Assembly (NCBI GenBank): GCA_041622435.1
Contig: JBFJYU010000001.1
Location: forward strand, 1-40,337
Source of the DNA: Thermoplasmatota archaeon
Lineage (GTDB): Archaea > Thermoplasmatota > E2 > JACPAO01 > JAHFTW01
Length of the DNA stretch: 40,337 nt
Direction: 5' to 3'
Numbering within the stretch: the first letter of the stretch is position 1; each line of letters begins with the position of its first letter. Below, piece by piece: positions 1-7,822 of this stretch. The notes under the pieces are model-generated. The model saw nothing but the letters and a program-made list of their open reading frames with translations. It was not told the DNA's origin and did no database searches. Position numbers and translations under genes: made by a program.

Positions 1-1620
1 CGTCACCACGCCGGTTCGAGGGTCGGCGGCGTCACTAACGTAGGTCAACATATCATCGGTCGCGTAAACGATTTGACCCGGCTGAGCGCCCGCCGTCGGG
101 TACCATTCGGCCAAATCCGCCGGGGCGTCAGAGCAGGCACGAATCTCCTGGTGGGCAATCGTCCCACTGTCCGTGTAGCAGAGGCCATTCGTGCTGCGCT
201 CCAATGGCATGTCAAGACCGATGGTTCCGGCCACCCGAAGATTGTCCGAGAACGAGAAAAATGGGCCGCCAGCACTGTAGCTGATTTTGTCGGCATCTGT
301 GCCAAAGTGAATCTCGTGAACGGATCCGTCTCCCCGGACCATCAAATCAGGCGTCTTCAACGCGCCGCTGAATTCGAACTGCTCTGCCGATTCATCCCAT
401 TTTAGATACTCCGCCTGAACGCCGTCGTTGAAAAAGATGGATTCGTCACCACTAGCATCATCGGAGTCCACGGTGAGGTGCCCTTCGACACCCGCGTCGC
501 CGCCGATCAACAAGTTGTCGGTTAGCCAGAACGAATCGGACTCCGACCAGTGGAGCGCTTCCTCATTGACGCCGAAACCGAAAGCGATCCAAGACGAAGT
601 CGTTCGATGGCCTATCCTCAGATTATTATGCACAGCCAGATCGTCTGTCAATTCGAAGCGGTCCGATCCATCGTCCCACGTTAGGGCCTCGCCGGCACGG
701 TTGTCATCCTCGTAGAAAAAGATCGACTGGTCGCCGTCGCCGCCTGGCCCTGAGGGGCCATTCATGAAGATTTCCTTGCTTAGGTACAATGCCCCGCCAA
801 CTTCGACGTCCTCGCCGATGCCAACATCACCGCGAGAATCCAACGCACTACTATCAAGCAGGCCTGCGCAGGTGGTCGGGCAGAAAGTAGACGCCGGGGC
901 CACGGCGATGGTGTCATCACCTATTCTAATCGACCCTTCCACTGACAGGTCATCGCTGAACCGGAACTGTGTGCCGACCTCGTTCCATTCCAGATTCTCA
1001 CCGCCATCGCCCAGGATCAATTGGGCGGTCCGCCAGGCCCCCGATGGCTGGGTAATGGTGAGTTGATCTTGAACCTCCAGAGGAGCCGTCAGATTGAATA
1101 CACCTTTGCGATCCTGCCACGTCAGCGACTGCGGAGTGGCTAGCGAATCAAAGAAGATGGCATCGTCATCGTCCGCTTCGTCCAGGCCGATCGTAAGATT
1201 ATCGAAGATGGTCAGGTCATCAGTAATTCGGAATTCGTCAAAATTTTCTTGCCAGGAAATCGATTCGCCCATGCGGTTGTCGTCGTCGTAGAAGTAGATG
1301 TTTTGGTTGCCATCCTGACCGGCTGCTTCGTTGCCTTCCATGAAGATTCGCTTGCTGAGGTAGAGGCCGCTGCCAATTTCTGCATCGTACTCAGCGAACA
1401 CATCGCCTTTTTGGCCCATCGCGCCGCTGGATGGGGGATTGTTGGTGCACGTTTGGAAGCAGAATCGATTGTAGCCGACGGCCGCGTTGTTGACGCTGCC
1501 AACACCAATCGGGCCATCGATGGCCAATTCGTCCGTCATCTCGAAGCGGGTCCGCGCTTCCTTCCATTCCAAGCGCTCGGATTCGTCGAAGAAAATCGTA
1601 TCATCGTCGAAATTGCTGCT
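1..1620 (-). repeat. About 8 copies of a ~35-40 aa module (D-x-x-IFF-x(6-10)-L-x-W-x(5-7)-F-x-x-x-D-x-L-x-x-x-G/N), organised in a larger super-repeat
   Basis: Hand translation gives DDDTIFFDESERLEWKEARTRFEMTDELAIDGPIG, QNIYFYDDDNRMGESISWQENFDEFRITDDLTIFDNLTIG, DDDAIFFDSLATPQSLTWQDRKGVFNLTAPLEV, DQSIFFYEDDNRAGEALTWDDGSDRFELTDDLAVHNNLRIG and GDESIFFNDGVQAEYLKWDESAEQFEFSGALKTPDLMV, among others. LYLSK(R/E)IFM(E/N)G occurs twice. Confidence 0.6.
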
Positions 1621-2616
1621 GGTGCCGACCTTCAAGTCGCCGGCCAAGTCGCCATCGAAGGCGCCCCCGCCCGCCGCGACGCAGGTGACGGCGCCATCGG
1701 CATCGACAGCACCCATGACTTGGCTCGTCGTGGTACAGTCGGCGGCCTGGATTCCAGTGCCGTCCACCCCCGCCGGCCCAGCCGGACCCGTGGGCCCCGC
1801 CGGCCCAGCGGCCCCTTCGAGGCCGCGACAATCGAAAATGTCCACGGCCGTATCGCCGTTGACATCCTCGGTTAAGACATCGCCGACGCCGTTGCCATCC
1901 AGATCCCAGCAGTGCACACCATTGCTGCCAGCGGGCAGGTTGGTGAGTTGGCTGCCGTCGCCCACGAACGCCAAGGCCGTCATGGTGCCCGTTGCGTCCA
2001 TGTCGCCCGCGACGCTGAGAGCCGATGTCGGCGCGTCCGTGTTGATCCCAACGCCGCCGCCGGCCGTAATGAGGAACTGGTTGACCGCCGTCGAGGCAAA
2101 CGTAGTGACGCCGTCGTTCCATACGAACGAGCCATCGTGCAGCGCCGACGCACCGTACCCAGCCGCCAACGAGTGGGCGCCGCTGGCGGCATTGCGCTCT
2201 CCTCCAGGGATCGCTGCGGCCACGCCGTCAGCCACGTTGCGATCGCCGCCGCCGACGGCTGCGAGTCGGGCGTTGGCCTGATTGCGCTGCCCACCCGCCA
2301 CCGTTGCGTACGCCTCGGAGGCTAGGTTGTTGCGACCGCCACCGACGACCGCCGCCGTGCCGGTGGCGTCATTGGACGCACCGCCACCCACCGTCGAGGC
2401 CCGCGATGTTGCAGTGTTTTCTTGCCCGCCGACGACGGAGGCCAGTGGCCCGCTGGCCGTGTTGCCGTCGCCACCGCCGATGAAAGCATCGGTTCCGGAC
2501 GCCACGTTAGCATTGACGTGGCCTGCCATGGCAGCGGGTATGCACAGGGCGAGAACCGCCAGCGCGACCACGCTCGGGTTCAATTTCTTAGGTGAATACA
2601 ATCTGATGCGATTCAT
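1..2616 (-). CDS. Secreted fibre/adhesin-like protein. The 5' end is complete and the 3' end runs off the window start (>=872 codons). Contains a signal peptide, YadA-head-like GGxxNxAxG repeats, an FVWND...GDGSQLTNL neck-like motif, a short collagen-like run, then repeated D/F-rich modules.
   Basis: Absent from the ORF track because it has no stop in the window. I translated the reverse strand by hand in the frame of ATG 2616-2614 and found no stop down to nt 1. GGAGG (2624-2628) lies 7 nt upstream of the ATG. The N-terminus MNRIRLYSPKKLNPSVVALAVLALCIPAAMAG is signal-peptide-like. Confidence 0.75.
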   Translation of the reverse strand, partial: MNRIRLYSPKKLNPSVVALAVLALCIPAAMAGHVNANVASGTDAFIGGGDGNTASGPLASVVGGQENTATSRASTVGGGASNDATGTAAVVGGGRNNLASEAYATVAGGQRNQANARLAAVGGGDRNVADGVAAAIPGGERNAASGAHSLAAGYGASALHDGSFVWNDGVTTFASTAVNQFLITAGGGVGINTDAPTSALSVAGDMDATGTMTALAFVGDGSQLTNLPAGSNGVHCWDLDGNGVGDVLTEDVNGDTAVDIFDCRGLEGAAGPAGPTGPAGPAGVDGTGIQAADCTTTSQVMGAVDADGAVTCVAAGGGAFDGDLAGDLKVGTSSNFDDDTIFFDESERLEWKEARTRFEMTDELAIDGPIGVGSVNNAAVGYNRFCFQTCTNNPPSSGAMGQKGDVFAEYDAEIGSGLYLSKRIFMEGNEAAGQDGNQNIYFYDDDNRMGESISWQENFDEFRITDDLTIFDNLTIGLDEADDDDAIFFDSLATPQSLTWQDRKGVFNLTAPLEVQDQLTITQPSGAWRTAQLILGDGGENLEWNEVGTQFRFSDDLSVEGSIRIGDDTIAVAPASTFCPTTCAGLLDSSALDSRGDVGIGEDVEVGGALYLSKEIFMNGPSGPGGDGDQSIFFYEDDNRAGEALTWDDGSDRFELTDDLAVHNNLRIGHRTTSSWIAFGFGVNEEALHWSESDSFWLTDNLLIGGDAGVEGHLTVDSDDASGDESIFFNDGVQAEYLKWDESAEQFEFSGALKTPDLMVRGDGSVHEIHFGTDADKISYSAGGPFFSFSDNLRVAGTIGLDMPLERSTNGLCYTDSGTIAHQEIRACSDAPADLAEWYPTAGAQPGQIVYATDDMLTYVSDAADPRTGVVT
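1753..1824 (-). repeat. Collagen-like G-X-Y run, 8 triplets
   Basis: Hand translation: GLE GAA GPA GPT GPA GPA GVD GTG. Confidence 0.7.
2122..2505 (-). repeat. Coding repeats of about 14 residues (xxxVxGGxxNxAxG), similar to trimeric-autotransporter head or tail-fibre repeats
   Basis: Hand translation: GGGDGNTASGPLASVVGGQENTATSRASTVGGGASNDATGTAAVVGGGRNNLASEAYATVAGGQRNQANARLAAVGGGDRNVADGVAAAIPGGERNAASG. Confidence 0.6.
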
Positions 2617-2623
2617 GAGTCAA

Positions 2624-2628
2624 CCTCC
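2624..2628 (-). promoter_or_regulatory. Shine-Dalgarno-like GGAGG for the fibre-like gene
   Basis: The reverse strand reads GGAGGTTGACTCATG. Confidence 0.45.
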
Positions 2629-2735
2629 AATCATGTGGGGCACTACCCGGCTACCACAAAAAAGGCGCGGCGAGCCATCACGCAACATCTGGCCACGTTG
2701 CCAATGGCCTTGAGCCAAGACCCGATGGCTCGATT

Positions 2736-3509
2736 GTGCACCCGGTTACCATCCACGAACTAAAGCCGTTCAACCCCGAGGGGGCAACCGTCATCGCGGC
2801 CTTCCCCTCCGTCGGGCTGGTGGCCACCATCGCGGCCAATTTCATCATTGATTCACTCGACCTGCCGCAGGTCGGCATCCTTGACGGCGAGCGTTTCCCA
2901 ACCCTGTCGGTGGTCAACGAAGGCGAGCCCAGCCACCCGGTGCGCATCCACGCGGGAACCTGCAAGACCGCCAACGGCGGCGAGCAGACGGTCGTGGTGT
3001 TCCTGTCCGAGTTTCGGCCCCCCGCCGATCTCGTGCGGCCGGTGGCGGAGGCGATCCTGACCTGGTGCCGGGAACGCGGCGCCGGCCTCATGGTCGCCCC
3101 CGAGGGCCTGCTGACGGAGGGCGAGGCGGCCGACGACAACATCCTCGAAGTCTACACCATCGGCAGCACCCAGCAGGTGCGCGACCGACTCAACGCCGCC
3201 GGCGCTCCCCTGTTCAAGGACGGCGTCGTGGCGGGCGTCACGGGGGTTCTGCTCAACGGGGGACGCCGCGACGGTCTCGATGTAGTCGGCATCCTTGCCG
3301 AGGCGAAGCCGGAACATCCCGACGCCCGCAGCGCCGGCGCCGTCATCGAACTCGTCGCTCAACTCACCGGCGCGCCCTTGCAGGCTTCGGACCTGTACCA
3401 GGAAGCCGACCGGTTCGAAGGGCGCATGATGCGGTTCCTGCGCAGTCAGAAGGCCGCCGATTCACTGTTGGAAGGCGGCCGCAGCTCCGGCGACGCCATG
3501 TTTGGCTGA
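2736..3509 (+). CDS. PAC2 (proteasome assembly chaperone 2) family protein
   Basis: 257-aa ORF with a GTG start. The N-terminal pattern AAFPSVGLVATIAANFIIDSLDL...VGILD is typical of archaeal PAC2-family proteins. Confidence 0.8.
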   Translation: MHPVTIHELKPFNPEGATVIAAFPSVGLVATIAANFIIDSLDLPQVGILDGERFPTLSVVNEGEPSHPVRIHAGTCKTANGGEQTVVVFLSEFRPPADLVRPVAEAILTWCRERGAGLMVAPEGLLTEGEAADDNILEVYTIGSTQQVRDRLNAAGAPLFKDGVVAGVTGVLLNGGRRDGLDVVGILAEAKPEHPDARSAGAVIELVAQLTGAPLQASDLYQEADRFEGRMMRFLRSQKAADSLLEGGRSSGDAMFG

Positions 3510-3856
3510 CACGCCGGACACGCCGCACCCACGTGGCTCCGGTGGACGCCGTTGGGGTACGCGTGGGCGCTTCCAGGCATCGCGCTCCAGGCGCAGAACG
3601 GCCAGGGCTCGGACCGGGAGCCGCAGTGCCAGCACGACGTGATGCGGCGGGGCCTTGACCGGGCTCGGGCCCGCCTCCGGCCCCGCGACCTTGCCTCCCG
3701 GGCGGCAGGCGAGCAGAGCCTTGCGCCTGGCTCCCGGATTGCTGGCGGCAGGCCAGGGCGGCGCGCGCCCGGCAGCGCGTGGCGCCTCGGGCAGATGTAG
3801 AAACCACTTCGACCCGGCTGCAACCCTTTTTGCGCGGAGCCCGGCCTGCGCGGCTC

Positions 3857-5761
3857 GTGGACTACGCCGATCTGGCCGCCTTCTTCGAGCGCCTGGAGGG
3901 GACGACCAAGCGGTTGGAGCTAACCGCCATCCTGGTGGAGGCCCTTGAGGCCCTGCACGCCGACGAGGTTCGACCGGCTGTTTACCTGTTGCAGGGGAAG
4001 GTGGCGCCCGACTGGGAAGGGATCGAACTGGGACTCGCGGAGAAGCTGGTGCTACAAATCCTGGCCCGCGCGACCGGGTTGAACGTGAAGCAGGGCGGCG
4101 TGGAGAAGGCGACGAAAGTGTACCACGAGGCGGGCGACTTGGGGCTGGCGGCGCAACAACTGCTCAGCAGCAAGGGCGGCGCCGCGCAGGTGGGCTTGTT
4201 CGGCTTCGCCGAGGGGCCGGCTGCCTCGAACCTGAGCATCCAGGATGTCTTCGCCGCGCTCAGCCAGATCGCCTCGGTTTCCGGCTCCGGCAGCCAGGCG
4301 GCCAAGCAGGATATCCTGTGGAAGCTCCTCACGGACGCGAGTCCGCTTGAGGCCAAGTACGTCGTGCGCGCCGTGGCGGGACGCCTGCGCCTCGGGGTCG
4401 CCGACATGACCCTGCTGGATGCGCTGGCGGCGTTCCACCTGGGCAAAGGCGTGCGCTCGGTGCAGGACATGGACGAGGAGGACCGAGCGGCGTACACCCG
4501 CGTCCGGGCTGACCTCGAGCGCGCCTACGACTACAGCAGCGACCTGGCGCTGGTGGCCCACACGCTCGCCGCGAGCGGCATCGACGCCGTTCGGGCCCTG
4601 GATATTTGCCTGGGCACGCCCCTGCGCCCCATGGCGGCGGAGCGCCTCAAGAGCCTCGCCGAAATCCTGGAAAAACACGGCGAATCCACCGCCCTGGAGT
4701 ACAAGTACGACGGCCTACGCATCCAGGCCCACGTTCCCGCCGATCCGGCGGCGCCGGTGCGCTTGTTCAGCCGCCGCATGGAAGACCTCACCAACCAGTT
4801 TCCCGACGTGTGCCAAAATCTGCGCACGGCCTTGCGGGGCGGCGACTGCATCGTGGAGGGGGAGGCTGTCGCGCTGGACCCCGAGGGCCACATGCTGCCC
4901 TTCCAGGAGATCAGCCGCCGGCGGGGGCGCAAAACGGGGCTCGGTGAAGGCACTCGCAAGGAAACAGCCCTGGCGGGCGGCGGCGCCGCCGCGCGCTCCA
5001 TGATCGAGGAAATCCCGGTCACCATGTTCCTGTTCGACTGCATGGCCGCCGACGGCGAATCCACCATGGCCGACCCCTACGAGGCCCGGCGCAAGCGCCT
5101 GTTCGAACTGTTCGACCTCGGCGACGGCCCGGTGCGAGCGAGCACGATGCAGGTGGCGGCCGACGAGGCCGACATGGAGGCCTTCTTTCGCCAGGCGGTC
5201 GCCGACGGCGCCGAGGGGATCATGTGCAAAGACCCCGGAGCGCCGTACAAGGCGGGCAACCGGGGCTTCGACTGGATCAAGTTCAAGACCGACTACACCG
5301 AGGACCTGGTCGACACGATGGACCTCGTCGTGATCGGGGCCTTCTACGGCCGCGGCCGCCGCGCCGGCTGGTACGGGGCGCTCCTGATGGCCGCCTACGA
5401 CCCGGACCGCGACCGCTTCACGAGCCTGTGCAAGCTTGGCACCGGGTTCGACGACGAGACCCTCAAGGGCCTCAAGGACCGCTTCGCCGACTTGGTCGCC
5501 GCCGAGCGCCCACCCGGCGTCGACAGCACGATGGAACCGGACGTGTGGATCAACCCGGCAGTGGTGATGGAGGTGCAGGCGGCCGAGTTGAGCCTCAGCC
5601 CCACCCACCAGACCGCGTGGGGGACCCTCCGCGACGGCGCCGGGCTGGCAGCCCGATTCCCGCGCTTCAGCGGCCGCTGGCGCGACGACAAGGGACCCGA
5701 GCAGGCAACCAGCGTAGAGGAACTGGTCGGGATGTACCGGGAGCAGGGGAAGCAGGCGTAG
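3857..5761 (+). CDS. lig: ATP-dependent DNA ligase, Lig1/archaeal type with N-terminal DNA-binding domain
   Basis: Adenylation motif I EYKYDGLRIQAH, plus EGEAV, FLFDCM, EGIMCK, WIKFK and the OB-fold tail RFPRF. The longest ORF starts at 3779. GTG 3857 gives (M)DYADLAAFFERLEGTTKRLE, which lines up with archaeal ligase N-termini and has a T-run 28 nt upstream. Confidence 0.93.
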   Translation: MDYADLAAFFERLEGTTKRLELTAILVEALEALHADEVRPAVYLLQGKVAPDWEGIELGLAEKLVLQILARATGLNVKQGGVEKATKVYHEAGDLGLAAQQLLSSKGGAAQVGLFGFAEGPAASNLSIQDVFAALSQIASVSGSGSQAAKQDILWKLLTDASPLEAKYVVRAVAGRLRLGVADMTLLDALAAFHLGKGVRSVQDMDEEDRAAYTRVRADLERAYDYSSDLALVAHTLAASGIDAVRALDICLGTPLRPMAAERLKSLAEILEKHGESTALEYKYDGLRIQAHVPADPAAPVRLFSRRMEDLTNQFPDVCQNLRTALRGGDCIVEGEAVALDPEGHMLPFQEISRRRGRKTGLGEGTRKETALAGGGAAARSMIEEIPVTMFLFDCMAADGESTMADPYEARRKRLFELFDLGDGPVRASTMQVAADEADMEAFFRQAVADGAEGIMCKDPGAPYKAGNRGFDWIKFKTDYTEDLVDTMDLVVIGAFYGRGRRAGWYGALLMAAYDPDRDRFTSLCKLGTGFDDETLKGLKDRFADLVAAERPPGVDSTMEPDVWINPAVVMEVQAAELSLSPTHQTAWGTLRDGAGLAARFPRFSGRWRDDKGPEQATSVEELVGMYREQGKQA

Positions 5762-5816
5762 GCAGGTGCGACGCCACGGGCGCCGCGACCCAAGGGCAGC
5801 TGGGCCGCCCTGCGGA

Positions 5817-6329
5817 TTAGAAGACGACGGTCCCTTCGAACGCCCACGTCGCGTGGCGCACGTGGTCTAGGTTGTCGTCATCGTCGTAGATGTATTCGCG
5901 TACCCACCCGGAGCCAGACACGGACCCGTCGGCAGACAGGGTGATCTCGCCGTGGCACTGGTAATCGTAGGTGCTGTAGTACGCGCACTCGTAGTCCAGG
6001 CAGCGGACCTGGTCGGCGGTTCCCGAGCAGTCGGCCAGGTACATCGAGCCGATGATGTTGTACCAGCCGGGGCAGGTCGTCGTGGGCGCCGTGGCCTCCA
6101 TGTTGGCGTCATGCAGGCCAAAGCTGCCGTAGTACGTCAAATACAACGGGCTAGCGCCAGTACACCCCAGACCGTCGGTGTCAGTGCCGGAAAACGTGGC
6201 CGCGCCGGCGGCGGACACATCATCTTGAGTGAAATCGACCGCGCTGGCCGGCGTGGCCATCATTACGAGGATCAGGAGTGGAGCGATGCGAACCGATGTC
6301 AGCATGGCATATTGATAGAAACGACGCAT
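5817..6329 (-). CDS. Small secreted Cys- and aromatic-rich protein, unknown function
   Basis: Signal peptide MLTSVRIAPLLILVMMATPASA and 6 Cys in the mature part. The alternative start ATG 6305 has the TATA-like ACTAAAT (6328-6334) 26 nt upstream and is probably the true start. Confidence 0.6.
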   Translation of the reverse strand: MRRFYQYAMLTSVRIAPLLILVMMATPASAVDFTQDDVSAAGAATFSGTDTDGLGCTGASPLYLTYYGSFGLHDANMEATAPTTTCPGWYNIIGSMYLADCSGTADQVRCLDYECAYYSTYDYQCHGEITLSADGSVSGSGWVREYIYDDDDNLDHVRHATWAFEGTVVF

Positions 6330-6399
6330 TTAGTGTGCCCGGCCAATTGGCGGGGCGCGCCAGCCCGGCTGGGAGGAAAGGAGAAAGGAACCTCGCGGC

Positions 6400-6933
6400 C
6401 TAGATGTAAGGCAGATCGTTGTAGGTCTGACTCACTTCCTTGGGCAGCAAGCCAAAGCAGCCCGCGAAGACACCGTACCAGGAAGGCACGTTCAGGCCGG
6501 TCGCGTGGGCCTCCGGCGGCAGGGCACTGGCGGAGCTGCCGGCCACGTAGCAGGGGTCGTAACAGCCACCGATGCCGCGCGTGAAGCCGGCGTCGGACGA
6601 GGTGGGGCCGGCCGTGACGCCGTCAACCGTGTTCACGGTGGCATCGTAGCCGGTGGTGCGCTCGTAGCAGCGCTGGCCGTCCCAGTTGGTGCAGAACTCA
6701 TCCTGGCCGACCCACAGGGAAGCGTAGCCGGTCTCAATCATGACGCCCTGGTGGTACGTGTGGTGCCACCAGTCCCACTGGCACTCCTCCGCCGGCGCCC
6801 CATCAATGACCTGCTGGTAGCCGCAGACGTCGGCGTCGGCGTGGCCCGAGCGAATGCAATGCTCATCGGCGGTGGCGGCCGGCACACTCATCAGGGCCGC
6901 CGTGACGAGCACGACGAAACTCTTTGCATACAT
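6400..6933 (-). CDS. Small secreted Cys/Trp/Tyr-rich protein, unknown function
   Basis: Signal peptide MYAKSFVVLVTAALMSVPAATA followed by many Cys. Amino-acid composition is protein-like and GC3 is high. Confidence 0.6.
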   Translation of the reverse strand: MYAKSFVVLVTAALMSVPAATADEHCIRSGHADADVCGYQQVIDGAPAEECQWDWWHHTYHQGVMIETGYASLWVGQDEFCTNWDGQRCYERTTGYDATVNTVDGVTAGPTSSDAGFTRGIGGCYDPCYVAGSSASALPPEAHATGLNVPSWYGVFAGCFGLLPKEVSQTYNDLPYI

Positions 6934-7049
6934 ACTAAATTATCCTGGGGCGGCGGGCCGCCTTACCACATCACAGGCATCCATCAACAAAAGCGCTGCC
7001 GTTGATGTGGAATTAATTGCACTTCGTTGATCCTCGGCGGCCTGCCGGG

Positions 7050-7718
7050 CTACAGGATGTAGGCGGCCACGAGAATGAAATGCGAGGCGCTGCCAGCCAG
7101 GACGAACAGGTGCCACACCTCGTGCGCGCCCAGCGATCCAAGCACGCGGGGCCGGTCCCAGACATAGAACAGCGCCCCCAGCGTGTACGCGATGCCGCCG
7201 GCCAGCAGCCACGTGAGGCCGGCCGCCGACAGCCGAGGGATCAGCACCGGCGCGGCGATCATCGCGAGCCAACCGAGGGCGATGTAGAACGTGATCTGGA
7301 GCCATTTGGGCGCGCGGGGTAGGGTCAGCGCAAGGCAGGCGCCGACCAGGCTAAGCCCCCACACGGTGCCAAACAGACTCCAGCCCCAGCCGCCGCCCAG
7401 CAGGACGAGGCAGATGGGTGTGTAACTGCCGGCGATCAGCAGGTAGATGGCGACGTGGTCAAGGCGCTCCAGCCACATGGTCACCCGAGGGCTGGCCTTG
7501 ACGCCGTGGACGATGGCGCTGAACGTGTACATGGCCAGCAGCCCGACGCCGAAGAGGACGGCCGAGACCGTTTCGAGCGGCCCGTCAGCCAGCATGACAA
7601 GTACAACGAGGCCGATGACGGCGAGTCCACCGCCGACCATGTGACTAATGCTGTTGAACGGTTCGCGCAGCCCCATCAATCCGGGATATGGACTCGCCGG
7701 CTTTTGGAGTGACGGCAT
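7050..7718 (-). CDS. Hemolysin III / PAQR family channel protein
   Basis: 7-TM profile. Motifs: FNSISHMVGG at the N-terminus, HVAIYLLIAGSYTP, and the C-terminal HEVWHLFVLAGSASHF. The ORF-track N-terminal extension to 8024 is Gly/Arg-rich junk that overlaps the upstream gene, so I chose ATG 7718. Confidence 0.9.
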   Translation of the reverse strand: MPSLQKPASPYPGLMGLREPFNSISHMVGGGLAVIGLVVLVMLADGPLETVSAVLFGVGLLAMYTFSAIVHGVKASPRVTMWLERLDHVAIYLLIAGSYTPICLVLLGGGWGWSLFGTVWGLSLVGACLALTLPRAPKWLQITFYIALGWLAMIAAPVLIPRLSAAGLTWLLAGGIAYTLGALFYVWDRPRVLGSLGAHEVWHLFVLAGSASHFILVAAYIL

Positions 7719-7822
7719 CAGCACCAACAGCAGGTATCCCGCAGGACACCGCTGGCGCCAGGTGGATTGGAGCCCGCCGGGAAGGCCGGACGGCGCGCGC
7801 CGGTCCGACTGCGACCACCGGA

